Part shown: one piece after another, positions 32,521 to 42,847 of the stretch | Numbering within the stretch: the stretch's first letter is position 1 | Layout: every line of letters starts with the position of its first letter | From: Candidatus Neptunichlamydia sp. | GTDB taxonomy: Bacteria > Chlamydiota > Chlamydiia > Chlamydiales > Simkaniaceae | Direction: 5' to 3' | NCBI GenBank assembly: GCA_965233865.1 | Contig: OZ247587.1 | Span: forward strand, 160,001-224,000 | DNA: 64,000 nucleotides | The notes under the pieces: generated by a model | The model's input: the letters and a program-made list of their open reading frames with translations, nothing else | Database searches by the model: none | What the model was told of the DNA's origin: nothing | Translations under genes and position numbers: made by a program

Positions 32521-33906
32521 TTAATATTTTTTTGAAGTAATCCACATTTTGTTTTTTTGTCTTACCCTTCCATCGTTCTCTAGTTTTTTGAGGTAAGACA
32601 GTATATTTTTTGTTTTTCGAACAATGCTTCTTGGGCACCTTTGAACCACTTCCTTTACATAGACGCCTCTTTTCTTTTCAGTCATCAACTTTTCTAGAAC
32701 ACAGAACACTTTTTCACTATTTTTTATACATTTTTCCTCGAGACTATCCAAAGAAAGGATAGCAGCTTGAGAAAGATACCACTCAGATAAAGCAATTCCT
32801 CTTTCCATATAATCTATTGGGATTTCGATATTCCTACAGCCTCTCCGAACAGGGTCTTCTCCAAAAAGAAACAGAACACCCGCAATTCTTATGGCCTGTT
32901 CAGCGCTTTTGTTGGCAAACGGTGCTATCGCGTTATATTCTCCACCAACTCCAATCTTAAATTCCAATTTCTGCTGATACTCTAGTTTTGCTTTGCGCGA
33001 CTCTTTTGAGAGTTTAATATATTCGTATTCAATAGGGTTTTTCAGTAAATGCCTAACACGATCATGGAAAGCTACAGATGATTCAACGTGCTCAGAATCT
33101 TCTTCATAAGTTCGCGAGCCAGCTTTTGACTGTGGTTTTGCTATTAAAAAACGCGCTAAGAATCCTTGCTCCTGAAACAGAAGATTATCCCATACACTAT
33201 CAAATATATAGGGCTGCATCATAATCGAGGCAGAGAGACGCTTGTCGTATAAAGTAGGGCTGATTTCATCACTAGCCCTTGTTCTTTCAATAGGTTTCCC
33301 ATCCCAGAAATTTGAGAAGTGACCAACACCAGAAAAAGAACGACTCGTTGATAATGAATAGCCTCCAAAAATTTTAGCTCCTTCGTCAGTACACAATCCA
33401 AGAGAATTTTTTCCTTTTTGAAACTGAAAGAAAAGACCTTCAGAAGTAGGATCACTCACAATAATTTTAGGGCTTTTGGGTCGTTTGGGTTTGTTTTCTG
33501 CAAAGTATGCGGCATCCACTAAATCAGCATGACTGCTCTTTCTTTTCCAGATTTTATAAGCGACTTCGTAACAATCAATGTTTCTTTGATATTCTTGAAA
33601 ATCAGACTGTTCTATTTCTCTAACAGCTTTGAAAATTTCATTATCTGCAGAAGTTTTACGCTCTCCACTTTCTGCTACTACCATTGTGTAAAGGCTAAGA
33701 GGAATCATTTGCCTTCCCTCAGAAACATTCCCCATTCCCTGAACAATCATCGCCGCTAGAGAAAGGACGCCGGACCCTACAATAGTCTCGTCAACCTGCA
33801 TTCCACTTGAAAGATCCTTAATAAAATTAATTGCTGGATCAGGAAAAACATCGACAGGAAAAGAGTTTTCTTTTTGAATTTCGATATCAACCAATACGCT
33901 GCTCAT
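32521..33906 (-). CDS. YfjI/DUF3987-type P-loop protein (mobile-element replication associated)
   Basis: FPVDVFP, VAESGERKTS, DPTSEGL, DEG, WDG, GFLARFL. Confidence 0.85.
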   Translation of the reverse strand: MSSVLVDIEIQKENSFPVDVFPDPAINFIKDLSSGMQVDETIVGSGVLSLAAMIVQGMGNVSEGRQMIPLSLYTMVVAESGERKTSADNEIFKAVREIEQSDFQEYQRNIDCYEVAYKIWKRKSSHADLVDAAYFAENKPKRPKSPKIIVSDPTSEGLFFQFQKGKNSLGLCTDEGAKIFGGYSLSTSRSFSGVGHFSNFWDGKPIERTRASDEISPTLYDKRLSASIMMQPYIFDSVWDNLLFQEQGFLARFLIAKPQSKAGSRTYEEDSEHVESSVAFHDRVRHLLKNPIEYEYIKLSKESRKAKLEYQQKLEFKIGVGGEYNAIAPFANKSAEQAIRIAGVLFLFGEDPVRRGCRNIEIPIDYMERGIALSEWYLSQAAILSLDSLEEKCIKNSEKVFCVLEKLMTEKKRGVYVKEVVQRCPRSIVRKTKNILSYLKKLENDGRVRQKNKMWITSKKY

Positions 33907-34146
33907 AAGACCTGCTTCCTTTTTAAGTCATTCATACTCTGATACAGCAAAGCCCCATAAACTTCAAATTTCAATAGTGACATCTGCTTTGACAGTTTTC
34001 ATTTTGATAAATACGATTAACTGCTCTTGATACACGCTTAACATGTTTATAGTTAATGTCATTGAACAACGTTTTTATTCCACGATTTCGTGTAAAGTGT
34101 GGTATAATAGAGTTTTCAAAAGGCCAAAAAATGTGAGGAAAATGTT

Positions 34147-34533
34147 ATGGAAATAGAAAAAATACAACGCTGTAAATGTTCGCTTCAAGGAGATCTTATT
34201 AATAAGGAAACTACAATAACGCGCGATGTTGGAGGCGAAGATATTGCGTTTGAGATGGAGCTAGAATATTGCGGGGATTGCAGCGGATTAATCTTCACAG
34301 AGTACTTCGAAAAACAAATCAATGCCAAAGCCTATGAGTGCTATTATAAAAAACATAGCCTGCTCACGCCCAGGCAAATCAAGGGCATCAGAGAAGACCT
34401 CGGGCTTTCCTGCAGAAAATTTGGAGTGTTGTTAGGTGTTTCTTATCATCATATGCACGGCAGAGAGCATAGCAAAAAACTCTACGATAAAGAGTTTGTC
34501 GACAAGGTCAAAAGTGTCGTGAGGAATTGGTGA
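34147..34533 (+). CDS. Zinc-ribbon plus XRE HTH protein (MqsA-like), orphan
   Basis: CKC..CGDC, LLTPRQIKGIREDLGLS..FG.LLGV. Confidence 0.75.
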   Translation: MEIEKIQRCKCSLQGDLINKETTITRDVGGEDIAFEMELEYCGDCSGLIFTEYFEKQINAKAYECYYKKHSLLTPRQIKGIREDLGLSCRKFGVLLGVSYHHMHGREHSKKLYDKEFVDKVKSVVRNW

Positions 34534-34744
34534 ACATGAGAAGACAAGAAAAAGAAAAACCTAGCCCGCGTTTTAAGGCTATTTGGAAGGCGTTGTTTGG
34601 TGTCTTAGGAAGTTCTCAGACAAGTCAAGATAAGGCGACATAAACCATTACAACGCTATTTTTTAATGAGAATAAAACCGCATTATTGAAAGCAGCATGG
34701 AAAAGTGCTAATCTTCAAAAAATCTTAAAAATCGAGCAACCAAC

Positions 34745-35611
34745 ATGAGCAAAAATAAATCAAAAGACAAAGCCCCGGTCTCACAAGAAACAAAAATCGT
34801 GCTTTTCCAAGGCAGCGGAATCAGAAGAATTTACCACAATGGAGAGTGGTATTTTTCAATTATTGACGTTGTCGAACTATTAACAGGAACCTCCAGACCA
34901 AGAAAATATTGGTCAGACTTAAAAATAAAGCTATCTGAAAATGAAGGATTTAGCGAGTTGTCCGAAAAAATCGGACATCTGAAATTAAAGGCTACCGACG
35001 GTAAAAAATACCTCACTGATGTCGCTAATACAGAAACCCTTTTTCGCATTATTCAGTCGATTCCTTCCCCTAAAGCTGAACCGCTTAAAAGATGGCTTGC
35101 TCAAGTAGGTTACAAAAGACTTCAAGAAATAGAAGACCCAGAGTTAGCGGTAAAAAGAGCGAGAGCTACCTATGAAAAAAAGGGATACGAACCTGCATGG
35201 ATCGAAAAAAGAATGAGGGGGATACAAATACGCGAAGAGCTTACTAATGAATTGAAAGCAAGAGGGATCGAGCATCAAAAAGACTACGCAATTCTCACAG
35301 CTGAAATCTCCAAAGCGACATTTGGAGTAATGCCCTCAAAACACAAAAAGCTAAAGAATCTCAAAAAAGAAAATCTCCGTGATCACATGACCGATCTTGA
35401 ATTGATCTTTGGAATGCTTGGAGAGGCATCAACTAAAGAGATTGTAAAACAAAAAGATACGCAAGGATTTTTGGAAAATAAAGAAGCGGCAAAAGAGGGA
35501 GGTGAAATTGCAGGAAACGCTCGAAAAGAGCTAGAAAAAAAATCCGGTCAAAAGGTAGTGACTTCAATTAGCCCAGTGAACGATGACCTACAACTAACAG
35601 ATAAAAGTTAG
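34745..35611 (+). CDS. BRO-N domain (antirepressor-like) protein
   Basis: WYFSIIDVV, RPRKYWSDLK, RIIQSIPSPKAEP, LRDHMTDLEL. Confidence 0.9.
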   Translation: MSKNKSKDKAPVSQETKIVLFQGSGIRRIYHNGEWYFSIIDVVELLTGTSRPRKYWSDLKIKLSENEGFSELSEKIGHLKLKATDGKKYLTDVANTETLFRIIQSIPSPKAEPLKRWLAQVGYKRLQEIEDPELAVKRARATYEKKGYEPAWIEKRMRGIQIREELTNELKARGIEHQKDYAILTAEISKATFGVMPSKHKKLKNLKKENLRDHMTDLELIFGMLGEASTKEIVKQKDTQGFLENKEAAKEGGEIAGNARKELEKKSGQKVVTSISPVNDDLQLTDKS

Positions 35612-35948
35612 TCTCTAAGGGAGATCTCATGGATGAGAAGCGGAACATGGTGTTTCCGCCGAGGCACAATAATCAATATACCGTTGATAATGAGGGTGAT
35701 GAAAGTGGAGCCATGCGAATTCACACCAAAGCAAAAGAGAAGCCCTGTCAAAAAGCTGCTCAGTCTATTGGAATAGGCGATAAAACCTACTCAAGAATCA
35801 AATACCTCAAAGCTAATGATAATATCTATTCGTAACGTAAACTTATTTATTTAAAGTAGACGCAGAATGAACGGCTTTGAAGTGCGTTAGAAAAGATGAA
35901 ATCAACTTAGATGGCGAGGAATGAGAAATAGCCTACTGCTGGGTTGTT

Positions 35949-36731
35949 CTAACGGAAGGGAACCGTTTTCTCAGTGTCTTTCTGTAAGCTTTGCGCTACT
36001 TTTAATCCTAAGGGACTTAGTCTTACGCTATCTCTGTCTTTGTCAAAAACGAATAATTGTTTAGCGAACCGTGCTGATAAGAGAGATCTTAAGTGATGCA
36101 TCTTAACGGTATACCCATTTTTTTCACACGATTTCCCAAGCTTCTTTATCGAAACAGGCACATTGTCTTTTAAATAGCCTTCTTCTTTGAAGATAATTAG
36201 AACCTCTCTTAGCCTTCCTTGAGGTTCTTCTGGGTCGACAGAGTTTAGCGTGGCTGCGAGCCCCTGTACTTGCTGTATTCCTTTGTCAGTTAAACTAACG
36301 AGTGTTTTACCATTCTCATCACCAGACAGTTGAAATAAGTTTTGGGTGTTTTTTGATTCTAGCGCACTTTTTAAATGGTAAGATTGAACCTTTGAGGTTT
36401 TATTTCCACTCGGCGCGCTTGATCTATAGCCTTCTCTGTTACAAAGCTTTGTGAGATCCGATAAGAGAATGTTGCTATTGCCAATCAGTTGGTTTGCGTA
36501 CATGTACAGCTTCACAAACGCCATTCTTTTTTCTGGAGGTTTTCCAGACGGAATTTGCGCATGAATAAAGACCTTCTCTCCCTCTTGTGTGAATATATTC
36601 GCATAGTCAGAAATAGCACCTTGAGCAACATCTGTAGTTATATTTCTCCTTCCAACTGTTGCTTTTACGTTTGTGCAACTCAAAGAAAATAAACTTGTTG
36701 TGCTTATTGCACTAATACCTAATCTCATCAT
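35949..36731 (-). CDS. Tandem paralog A: putative effector (presequence-like N-terminus, two winged-helix-like repeats)
   Basis: Identical to paralog B except at the C-terminus. Confidence 0.7.
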   Translation of the reverse strand: MMRLGISAISTTSLFSLSCTNVKATVGRRNITTDVAQGAISDYANIFTQEGEKVFIHAQIPSGKPPEKRMAFVKLYMYANQLIGNSNILLSDLTKLCNREGYRSSAPSGNKTSKVQSYHLKSALESKNTQNLFQLSGDENGKTLVSLTDKGIQQVQGLAATLNSVDPEEPQGRLREVLIIFKEEGYLKDNVPVSIKKLGKSCEKNGYTVKMHHLRSLLSARFAKQLFVFDKDRDSVRLSPLGLKVAQSLQKDTEKTVPFR

Positions 36732-36794
36732 AGTCTTTTCCTCGTTAAAAAATAATTGATGTTTCTAGTTTTTTTCTATTAAGGGCTTAATGCT

Positions 36795-37556
36795 CTAAAC
36801 CTCTTTCTGTAAGCTTTGCGCCACTTCTAAACCTACGGGACTTAGTCTTACGCTATCTCTGTCTTTGTCAAAAACGAATAATTGTTTAGCGAACCGTGCT
36901 GATAAGAGAGATCTTAAGTGATGCATCTTAACGGTATACCCATTTTTTTCACACGATTTCCCAAGCTTCTTTATCGAAACAGGCACATTGTCTTTTAAAT
37001 AGCCTTCTTCTTTGAAGATAATCAGAACCTCTCTTAGCCTTCCTTGAGGTTCTTCTGGGTCGACAGAGTTTAGCGTGGCTGCGAGCCCCTGTACTTGCTG
37101 TATTCCTTTGTCAGTTAAACTAACGAGTGTTTTACCATTCTCATCACCAGACAGTTGAAATAAGTTTTGGGTGTTTTTTGATTCTAGCGCACTTTTTAAA
37201 TGGTAAGATTGAACCTTTGAGGTTTTATTTCCACTCGGCGCGCTTGATCTATAGCCTTCTCTGTTACAAAGCTTTGTGAGATCCGATAAGAGAATGTTGC
37301 TATTGCCAATCAGTTGGTTTGCGTACATGTACAGCTTCACAAACGCCATTCTTTTTTCTGGAGGTTTTCCAGACGGAATTTGCGCATGAATAAAGACCTT
37401 CTCTCCCTCTTGTGTGAATATATTCGCATAGTCAGAAATAGCACCTTGAGCAACATCTGTAGTTATATTTCTCCTTCCAACTGTTGCTTTTACGTTTGTG
37501 CAACTCAAAGAAAATAAACTTGTTGTGCTTATTGCACTAATACCTAATCTCATCAT
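36795..37556 (-). CDS. Tandem paralog B
   Basis: 825-bp period duplication with A. Confidence 0.7.
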   Translation of the reverse strand: MMRLGISAISTTSLFSLSCTNVKATVGRRNITTDVAQGAISDYANIFTQEGEKVFIHAQIPSGKPPEKRMAFVKLYMYANQLIGNSNILLSDLTKLCNREGYRSSAPSGNKTSKVQSYHLKSALESKNTQNLFQLSGDENGKTLVSLTDKGIQQVQGLAATLNSVDPEEPQGRLREVLIIFKEEGYLKDNVPVSIKKLGKSCEKNGYTVKMHHLRSLLSARFAKQLFVFDKDRDSVRLSPVGLEVAQSLQKEV

Positions 37557-37619
37557 AGTCTTTTCCTCGTTAAAAAATAATTGATGTTTCTAGTTTTTTT
37601 CTATTAAGGGCTTAATGCT

Positions 37620-38417
37620 CTAAACCTCTTTCTGTAAGCTTTGCGCCACTTCTAAACCTACGGGACTTAGTCTTACGCTATCTCTGTCTTTGTCAAAAAT
37701 GAAGAGTTGTTTAGCAAAATGCGCTGATAAGAGAGATCTTAAGTTACCTGCCTGGACACTATATCCATTTTCGGCACATGCCTTTACAAGATCTCTTATC
37801 GAAACAGGCATATTGTTTTTTAAATAACCTCCTTCTTTGAAGATAATGAGTACCTCTTTTAATCTTCCTTTAGGCTCTCCTGTATCGATAGAGTTTAGCG
37901 TGGCTGCGAGCCCCTGTACTTGTTGTATTCCTTTATCGGTTAAACTGACGAGTATTTTACCATCCTCATCACCAGATAGTTGAAATAAATTTTTGTTGCT
38001 CTTTGATATAAATGAACTCTTAAAATTACCAGATTGAATTTTTGAGGTTTTACTCCCCTGTGGGGTGGTTGATCTATAACCCTCTTTATTGCATATCTTT
38101 GTAAGATCTGATAAGAGAATACATCTATTACCAATCAAGTGGTTCGCGTACATGTACAGCTTCACAAACGCCATTCTTTTTTCTGGAGGTTTTCCAGATG
38201 GAACAGCCGAGTGAATAAAGACTTTGTCTCCCTCTTGTGTGAATATATTCGCATAGTCAGAAATAGCACCCTGGGCAGATGCATTCAATCTACTCTCTAT
38301 AGATGTAGAAATGGATCTCTTACCTTCAGTTGCTGAATTATGTGCTGCTCTTGAACTAGCAAATGTCGACTGCAAAGAATGCATAGAACTCATGGTACTT
38401 AATCCTAGTCTCATCAT
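37620..38417 (-). CDS. Tandem paralog C (diverged)
   Basis: Clear similarity to A and B; 3' end identical to B. Confidence 0.7.
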   Translation of the reverse strand: MMRLGLSTMSSMHSLQSTFASSRAAHNSATEGKRSISTSIESRLNASAQGAISDYANIFTQEGDKVFIHSAVPSGKPPEKRMAFVKLYMYANHLIGNRCILLSDLTKICNKEGYRSTTPQGSKTSKIQSGNFKSSFISKSNKNLFQLSGDEDGKILVSLTDKGIQQVQGLAATLNSIDTGEPKGRLKEVLIIFKEGGYLKNNMPVSIRDLVKACAENGYSVQAGNLRSLLSAHFAKQLFIFDKDRDSVRLSPVGLEVAQSLQKEV

Positions 38418-38937
38418 TGTTTTACTCTCCTACTTTGATCTTCAGGTTCAAAAATATAAAAGAAAATCTATGCTACTCCGATCAAGCATTTTCCGTCTAC
38501 TAATTTATTTAAAGTGGGCTCAGAAGGAAAAGCTTTGGGGTGCGTTAGAAGAAGGGACGGGAAAGGACGGGGAGCATTGTAGAGAATTCAGCACAAGGTG
38601 TTTTAAGGCGCTTTGCGGGGATTTTTTGTTTTTCAGGAGATAATTTCTATGTTGAAGGTTGAGAGAGCGCAGTACAGGGCGCTATATGCAGTTAGAGAGG
38701 TGTTGTGGTGCGGGAATATACTCAGTCAGCGAAACACACACCCAGGGGGAGGGCATCGGTAAGGTAGTCTCTCATTATTTCTGCTGATGACAAGAAGTTT
38801 TCCTACTTTTAACTCCTTCTCAAGCAAAGAGCCCGCCCCAAAAGGGCATAGGGCGATGGTGTAATATATACTTAACGTATACTTATACGCTCCAAAGTGA
38901 AACACCTAACATGCTTATAATAAACAGAAAGTAAATT

Positions 38938-38999
38938 GAGTTGGGTCACTCTTGTAGGGGGGAGTTGGGTCACTCTTACCCTTAGAGTTGGGTCACTCT
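38938..38999. repeat. Three iteron-like direct repeats
   Basis: GAGTTGGGTCACTCT at 38938, 38962 and 38985. Confidence 0.8.
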
Positions 39000-39432
39000 A
39001 TGATTTTTTTTTTGAATTTTTAGATTTTTTAGCCTGTTTTGACCTTTTGTTTTTTAACTTCCCCTGATCTATAAGGTGCTTCTCTACCTTTTTATTTTTG
39101 TCATTGAAAGCGTAGTCATCCCCTTGCCTTTCTAAAAAACCCCTATCTGGACAGCAAAAAAGCTCCAAAACTTCTGGTAACCTATTCATAAAACCTGTTG
39201 GTATTTTAGCTTCTTTAGCAAGCGCTATCCATTTTTTTCCGGGAATATAAATAGAGCCATTATCAGCAAATTCTCTAGATTTCTCTGTTATATACTCCAT
39301 CGTAAGCATATGAAAAAATGCCTGAGATCCCCAACTAGCTCTATATCCAACCATCTCTTTTGGAAGCTCAACAAACGGAATTAAAAGCCTCCCTCCCTTT
39401 GATGAATTTACTTTATAAACCGAAGCAGGATC
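38998..39432 (-). pseudogene. 3' fragment of a plasmid-type protein (possibly Rep) truncated by IS5
   Basis: Open frame with a Lys-rich end abutting the iteron-like repeats; 5' part replaced by the IS. Confidence 0.45.
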
Positions 39433-39434
39433 TA

Positions 39435-40276
39435 GGTTGTGTTGAGAAATTTCCATAAATGGTGCAAGCTGACTTCCTGAAGAAGGAGATCTATATGCTA
39501 TACCCGCATAAAATAAATGACCACGCCTGGTCGAAACTTTACGAATATCTGAGTAATTACCCCAAAATACACACAAATAACAAAGAGAAAACTCGTTGCT
39601 TTGTAGAGGCTGTATTTTGGATTGCCAAGAGCGGAGCACAATGGCGTTTGCTACCAAAGGAATATGGAGACTGGAATGCCGTCTATCATCGTTTTGCAGA
39701 CTGGGCTGAACATGGTGTGTGGTACAAGATGCTCTACTATTTTTCAAATGATCCAGACATGGAATATATTATGATCGACAGTACAGTCCTCCGCGCTCAT
39801 GCCTGTGCCGCAGGAGCCAATAAAAAAAACCGGAGGTCAAGACGAGCAGGCCTTAGGTCGGTCCTGCGGAGGTTTTACGACTAAAATCCATAGTATCTGT
39901 GATGCATTAGGTAATCCACTTGATTTTATTTTAACAGGTGGTCAAGCAGCTGATTGTCATCAAGCTATTCCTTTGCTCAAAGGTAGAGATTACAAAAGAT
40001 TATTGGCTGACAAAGGCTACGACAGCAATGCAATCATTGATCATGTAAAGAGCATCGGAGCTGTTGCCATCATTCCCTCAAAGAAAAATCGCATTGATCA
40101 TCGAGAGCATGATAAAGACATATATAAAGAACGACACAAAATCGAATGTTTATTTGGCTTCCTCAAACATTATAGACGATTGTTTTCTCGGTTCGAGAAG
40201 TTAGCATCAAGGTTCAAGGCATTCCTTCATTTTATCGCGGCTCTCCAATGGTTAAAGTAAATTTCTCAACACAACC
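39435..40276 (+). mobile_element. IS5-family element, 842 bp, two-ORF transposase
   Basis: IRs GGTTGTGTTGAGAAATTT flanked by TA; orfA and orfB overlap at an A8 run; IDST, ADKGYD, ERHKIE motifs. Confidence 0.95.
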
Positions 40277-40278
40277 TA

Positions 40279-41105
40279 AGACAGATTTAAATATCTCTAG
40301 AATGGGTAGTAGAGAAAATACTCAATCTTCAGGTTCAAGTTATCTTGACCAACTATGTAGTAAAGCCGAGGAATATAGATCAGTGCATAAACGTACTTAC
40401 TTTGACAATCATATGGTTAGAGAAGGGTCTTGTGAAAATGCTCTTGATGCAATTAGCAGATTATTTAAAACATCACATGTTGTAGTTTTAGGAGAAGGAT
40501 CGCATGATGAACTTGCTCTTGATGCAATTTTAAGAGCTAAAGAAGGATTTCCGTCTTTTTTGAAAAATCAAGGTGTAAAAACTGTGATAGTTGAGCACGT
40601 GTATCCTATACATATTGAGAAATTAACTTCTCTAGAACAATCAGAATTAATGGATCATTTGGAACAGTCGTTTGGTTGTAACAAGAATAAAGCGATTAAT
40701 TTTTTGCACTTTTTGACAGGATGTTATGAAAAGGGGATTAAAATAGTGCCTGCAGATACTCGTGAAATACACAAGCCTTCAGGAATTAATATAACGAGGT
40801 ACAATGCAACACATAGAATAGAAAACTTGAACCATAATATTTTGACCCTTTATAAGGAAGAAAAGACTAGAAATTCAGGAAAATTTCTTATTATCGTGGG
40901 TGCTGCGCATACAAATAGCTTGAATGCAGAAGCATCAAGGCAATCAATAGATAAGGAAACTAGGAATACAGATCCAACTCCTGGTATAACAGACGTTCTT
41001 GATAAAGCGCAGGAAATCATTGTAAAAAAATATATTCCAGATGAAGAAGGGCCGCAAGAAGCTAGCATTAAAGATGGGTGTGTCTTTAGGTTGAAAATTC
41101 AATAA
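40279..41105 (+). pseudogene. 5'-truncated RRSP/PMT-C2-like effector, paralog of 42848..44248
   Basis: LGEGSH, QGVKTVIVEH, IVPAD, KFLIIVGAAH, PGITDVL; begins directly at the IS5 end. Confidence 0.7.
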
Positions 41106-41255
41106 ATTTTCCTAAAGGAAACTAGAGTAGTTAATGATTTTTCCTGAGAATTATTATGTTGTTGATGTTTATCTTTCACAAGATCTAAAATTGTTGGCAA
41201 AATTTAAAAGAGATATCTGCATTCGCTTAAAAAATTTTCAAAGTAAGGGTTAATT

Positions 41256-41732
41256 ATGACAGTTTCAGTCAATATTTCAATAGCTCCTGAGGCGCATTCA
41301 AATGCAAAAAAAACTGTTACTTGGGGAGATGAGAGAGTTGCTTATTTTTTGCCAATTTCTGATTTTCCAGAATCATGTCCAGATCAATTAAAGGAAGTTG
41401 TTAAAACTGTAATCAGTGGTCGCAGATTTTTGATCAATGCTTTGGAATCAGAAAAAATCGATAAAAAATCAATTGATACTCCTAATAGAACTCAATCAGT
41501 TCGTTGTTTGCACAATGCCATTCAATGGATCAAAAAGGAAGGTATAAAGGACTCTTATGTAAAAAATGTTTCCCAGATCGCTCATATTCTGCTGGCTAGA
41601 GCATATTGTCGATTTTCTCCTTCATTTTTTGTTAAACAAGTAGAACTTATCCGCCAAGATCCGGATCTTAAACATAGATATGACAATTGGATAGATTTAT
41701 TAAAATATCCGATTGATTTTCATTCGGTATAA
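41256..41732 (+). CDS. Small partner protein with RVxF-type motif (KKTVTW)
   Basis: Paralog of 44259..44717. Confidence 0.65.
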   Translation: MTVSVNISIAPEAHSNAKKTVTWGDERVAYFLPISDFPESCPDQLKEVVKTVISGRRFLINALESEKIDKKSIDTPNRTQSVRCLHNAIQWIKKEGIKDSYVKNVSQIAHILLARAYCRFSPSFFVKQVELIRQDPDLKHRYDNWIDLLKYPIDFHSV

Positions 41733-41984
41733 GATAAAAAACAAGGCTTTGCCTCACAGTGAGTTGGGACGCATTAACAAAACCATTTATCTTTTAAACT
41801 ACATTGGGGGGGTCTGGTGCAAACTTCTTGCGGTAATGTTGCAAAGATCTTCATCTCCGAATAGAAGCTTCCTCTTTTCTGGATTTTCCTATGTTAGGCG
41901 GCTAAGCCTCTGATCTAAGCATCGATATCCAATTACAAGAAGAGCCCAAAGGTCACTTATTTCTGGATAGCCTTTGATTAAACA

Positions 41985-42734
41985 GTGCAGGCTTTTACCC
42001 TTGTCAATCATGAAGCAAAGATCGATCAGATTAAAGGTTTTGGTGATTGGGCTGAATGTACACGTCAAGCAAGGGCTGCGTGTTACATTGCTTTTACGGG
42101 ATTTTTATACCGGAGGACAAAGGGAATTATACCCAAAGCCCTCGCTAACCAAGAAGGACACGGGAAGACATTTTTCAAAGTGTATGACAAGGTGAAAACA
42201 GCAGCGATGAGCCAAGCGCAGTGGTCGGCTTTTTTAGAGGAGCTGGAGAAAATTAGTTTTAGGGAGTGTTTGATTGCGAAGGTGATGCTTCAAGGGGGAA
42301 AAAGGGTGAGAGAGGTACTTGATCTTCAAATCGATCAGATCCGTTGGGATCGGAGAAAGATTTCCTTTATGCAGTCAAAAATGAAGGGGATGAAAAAGGT
42401 GACGGTGATTACCTATCCGAAGACGGTGATGGAAAGGTTAAGGGAGTATGTTGGAGAGCGGAAGGGGAGGGTTTTTGTCACGCGCACGGGAAAACCTGTT
42501 CAACTGAATCGGTTAACGGGGACTTTTGCCAAGGCAGGAAGAAGGGCGGGGATCCCTTTTAAGGTCACACCTCATGTGTTAAGGACATCCACGGTGACGT
42601 ATTTGAAGCAACAAGGCTTCCAAGATAGCGATACCATGAAAGTGACAGGACATGCCAGTGCTTCGATGGTGGCCTCTTATGACAAAACCTCTCAAGAGAT
42701 CAATGCGACTGAAAAGGTGCAGCTTGTGAGCTGA
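41985..42734 (+). CDS. Tyrosine recombinase, chlamydial plasmid pGP8-like (5' end degraded)
   Basis: LQGGKR, TPHVLR, KVTGHAS..MV..YDK. Confidence 0.85.
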   Translation: MQAFTLVNHEAKIDQIKGFGDWAECTRQARAACYIAFTGFLYRRTKGIIPKALANQEGHGKTFFKVYDKVKTAAMSQAQWSAFLEELEKISFRECLIAKVMLQGGKRVREVLDLQIDQIRWDRRKISFMQSKMKGMKKVTVITYPKTVMERLREYVGERKGRVFVTRTGKPVQLNRLTGTFAKAGRRAGIPFKVTPHVLRTSTVTYLKQQGFQDSDTMKVTGHASASMVASYDKTSQEINATEKVQLVS

Positions 42735-42847
42735 AATGGGAGGGCAGTTTAAAGGAAGGATTTTACAATTTAAAATGGTCTTTTTGGAAAAAACTTTTTC
42801 TGGTATAATATATGTTTAATAAAAAAAAATTAAATTTGTAGGTAAAT

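Noticed and set aside
32521..35835. Prophage call from DUF3987, BRO-N and HU/IHF genes
   Set aside because: No capsid, terminase, portal or tail genes; the context is plasmid/ICE-like.
38938..38999. Short direct repeats as a CRISPR array
   Set aside because: 15-bp repeats with 8-9 bp spacers and no cas genes; iteron-like instead.
38998..39747. 249-aa ORF as one real gene
   Set aside because: Its N-terminal 105 residues are the antisense strand of IS5 (same text as 52340..52663); only the 3' part is a gene remnant.
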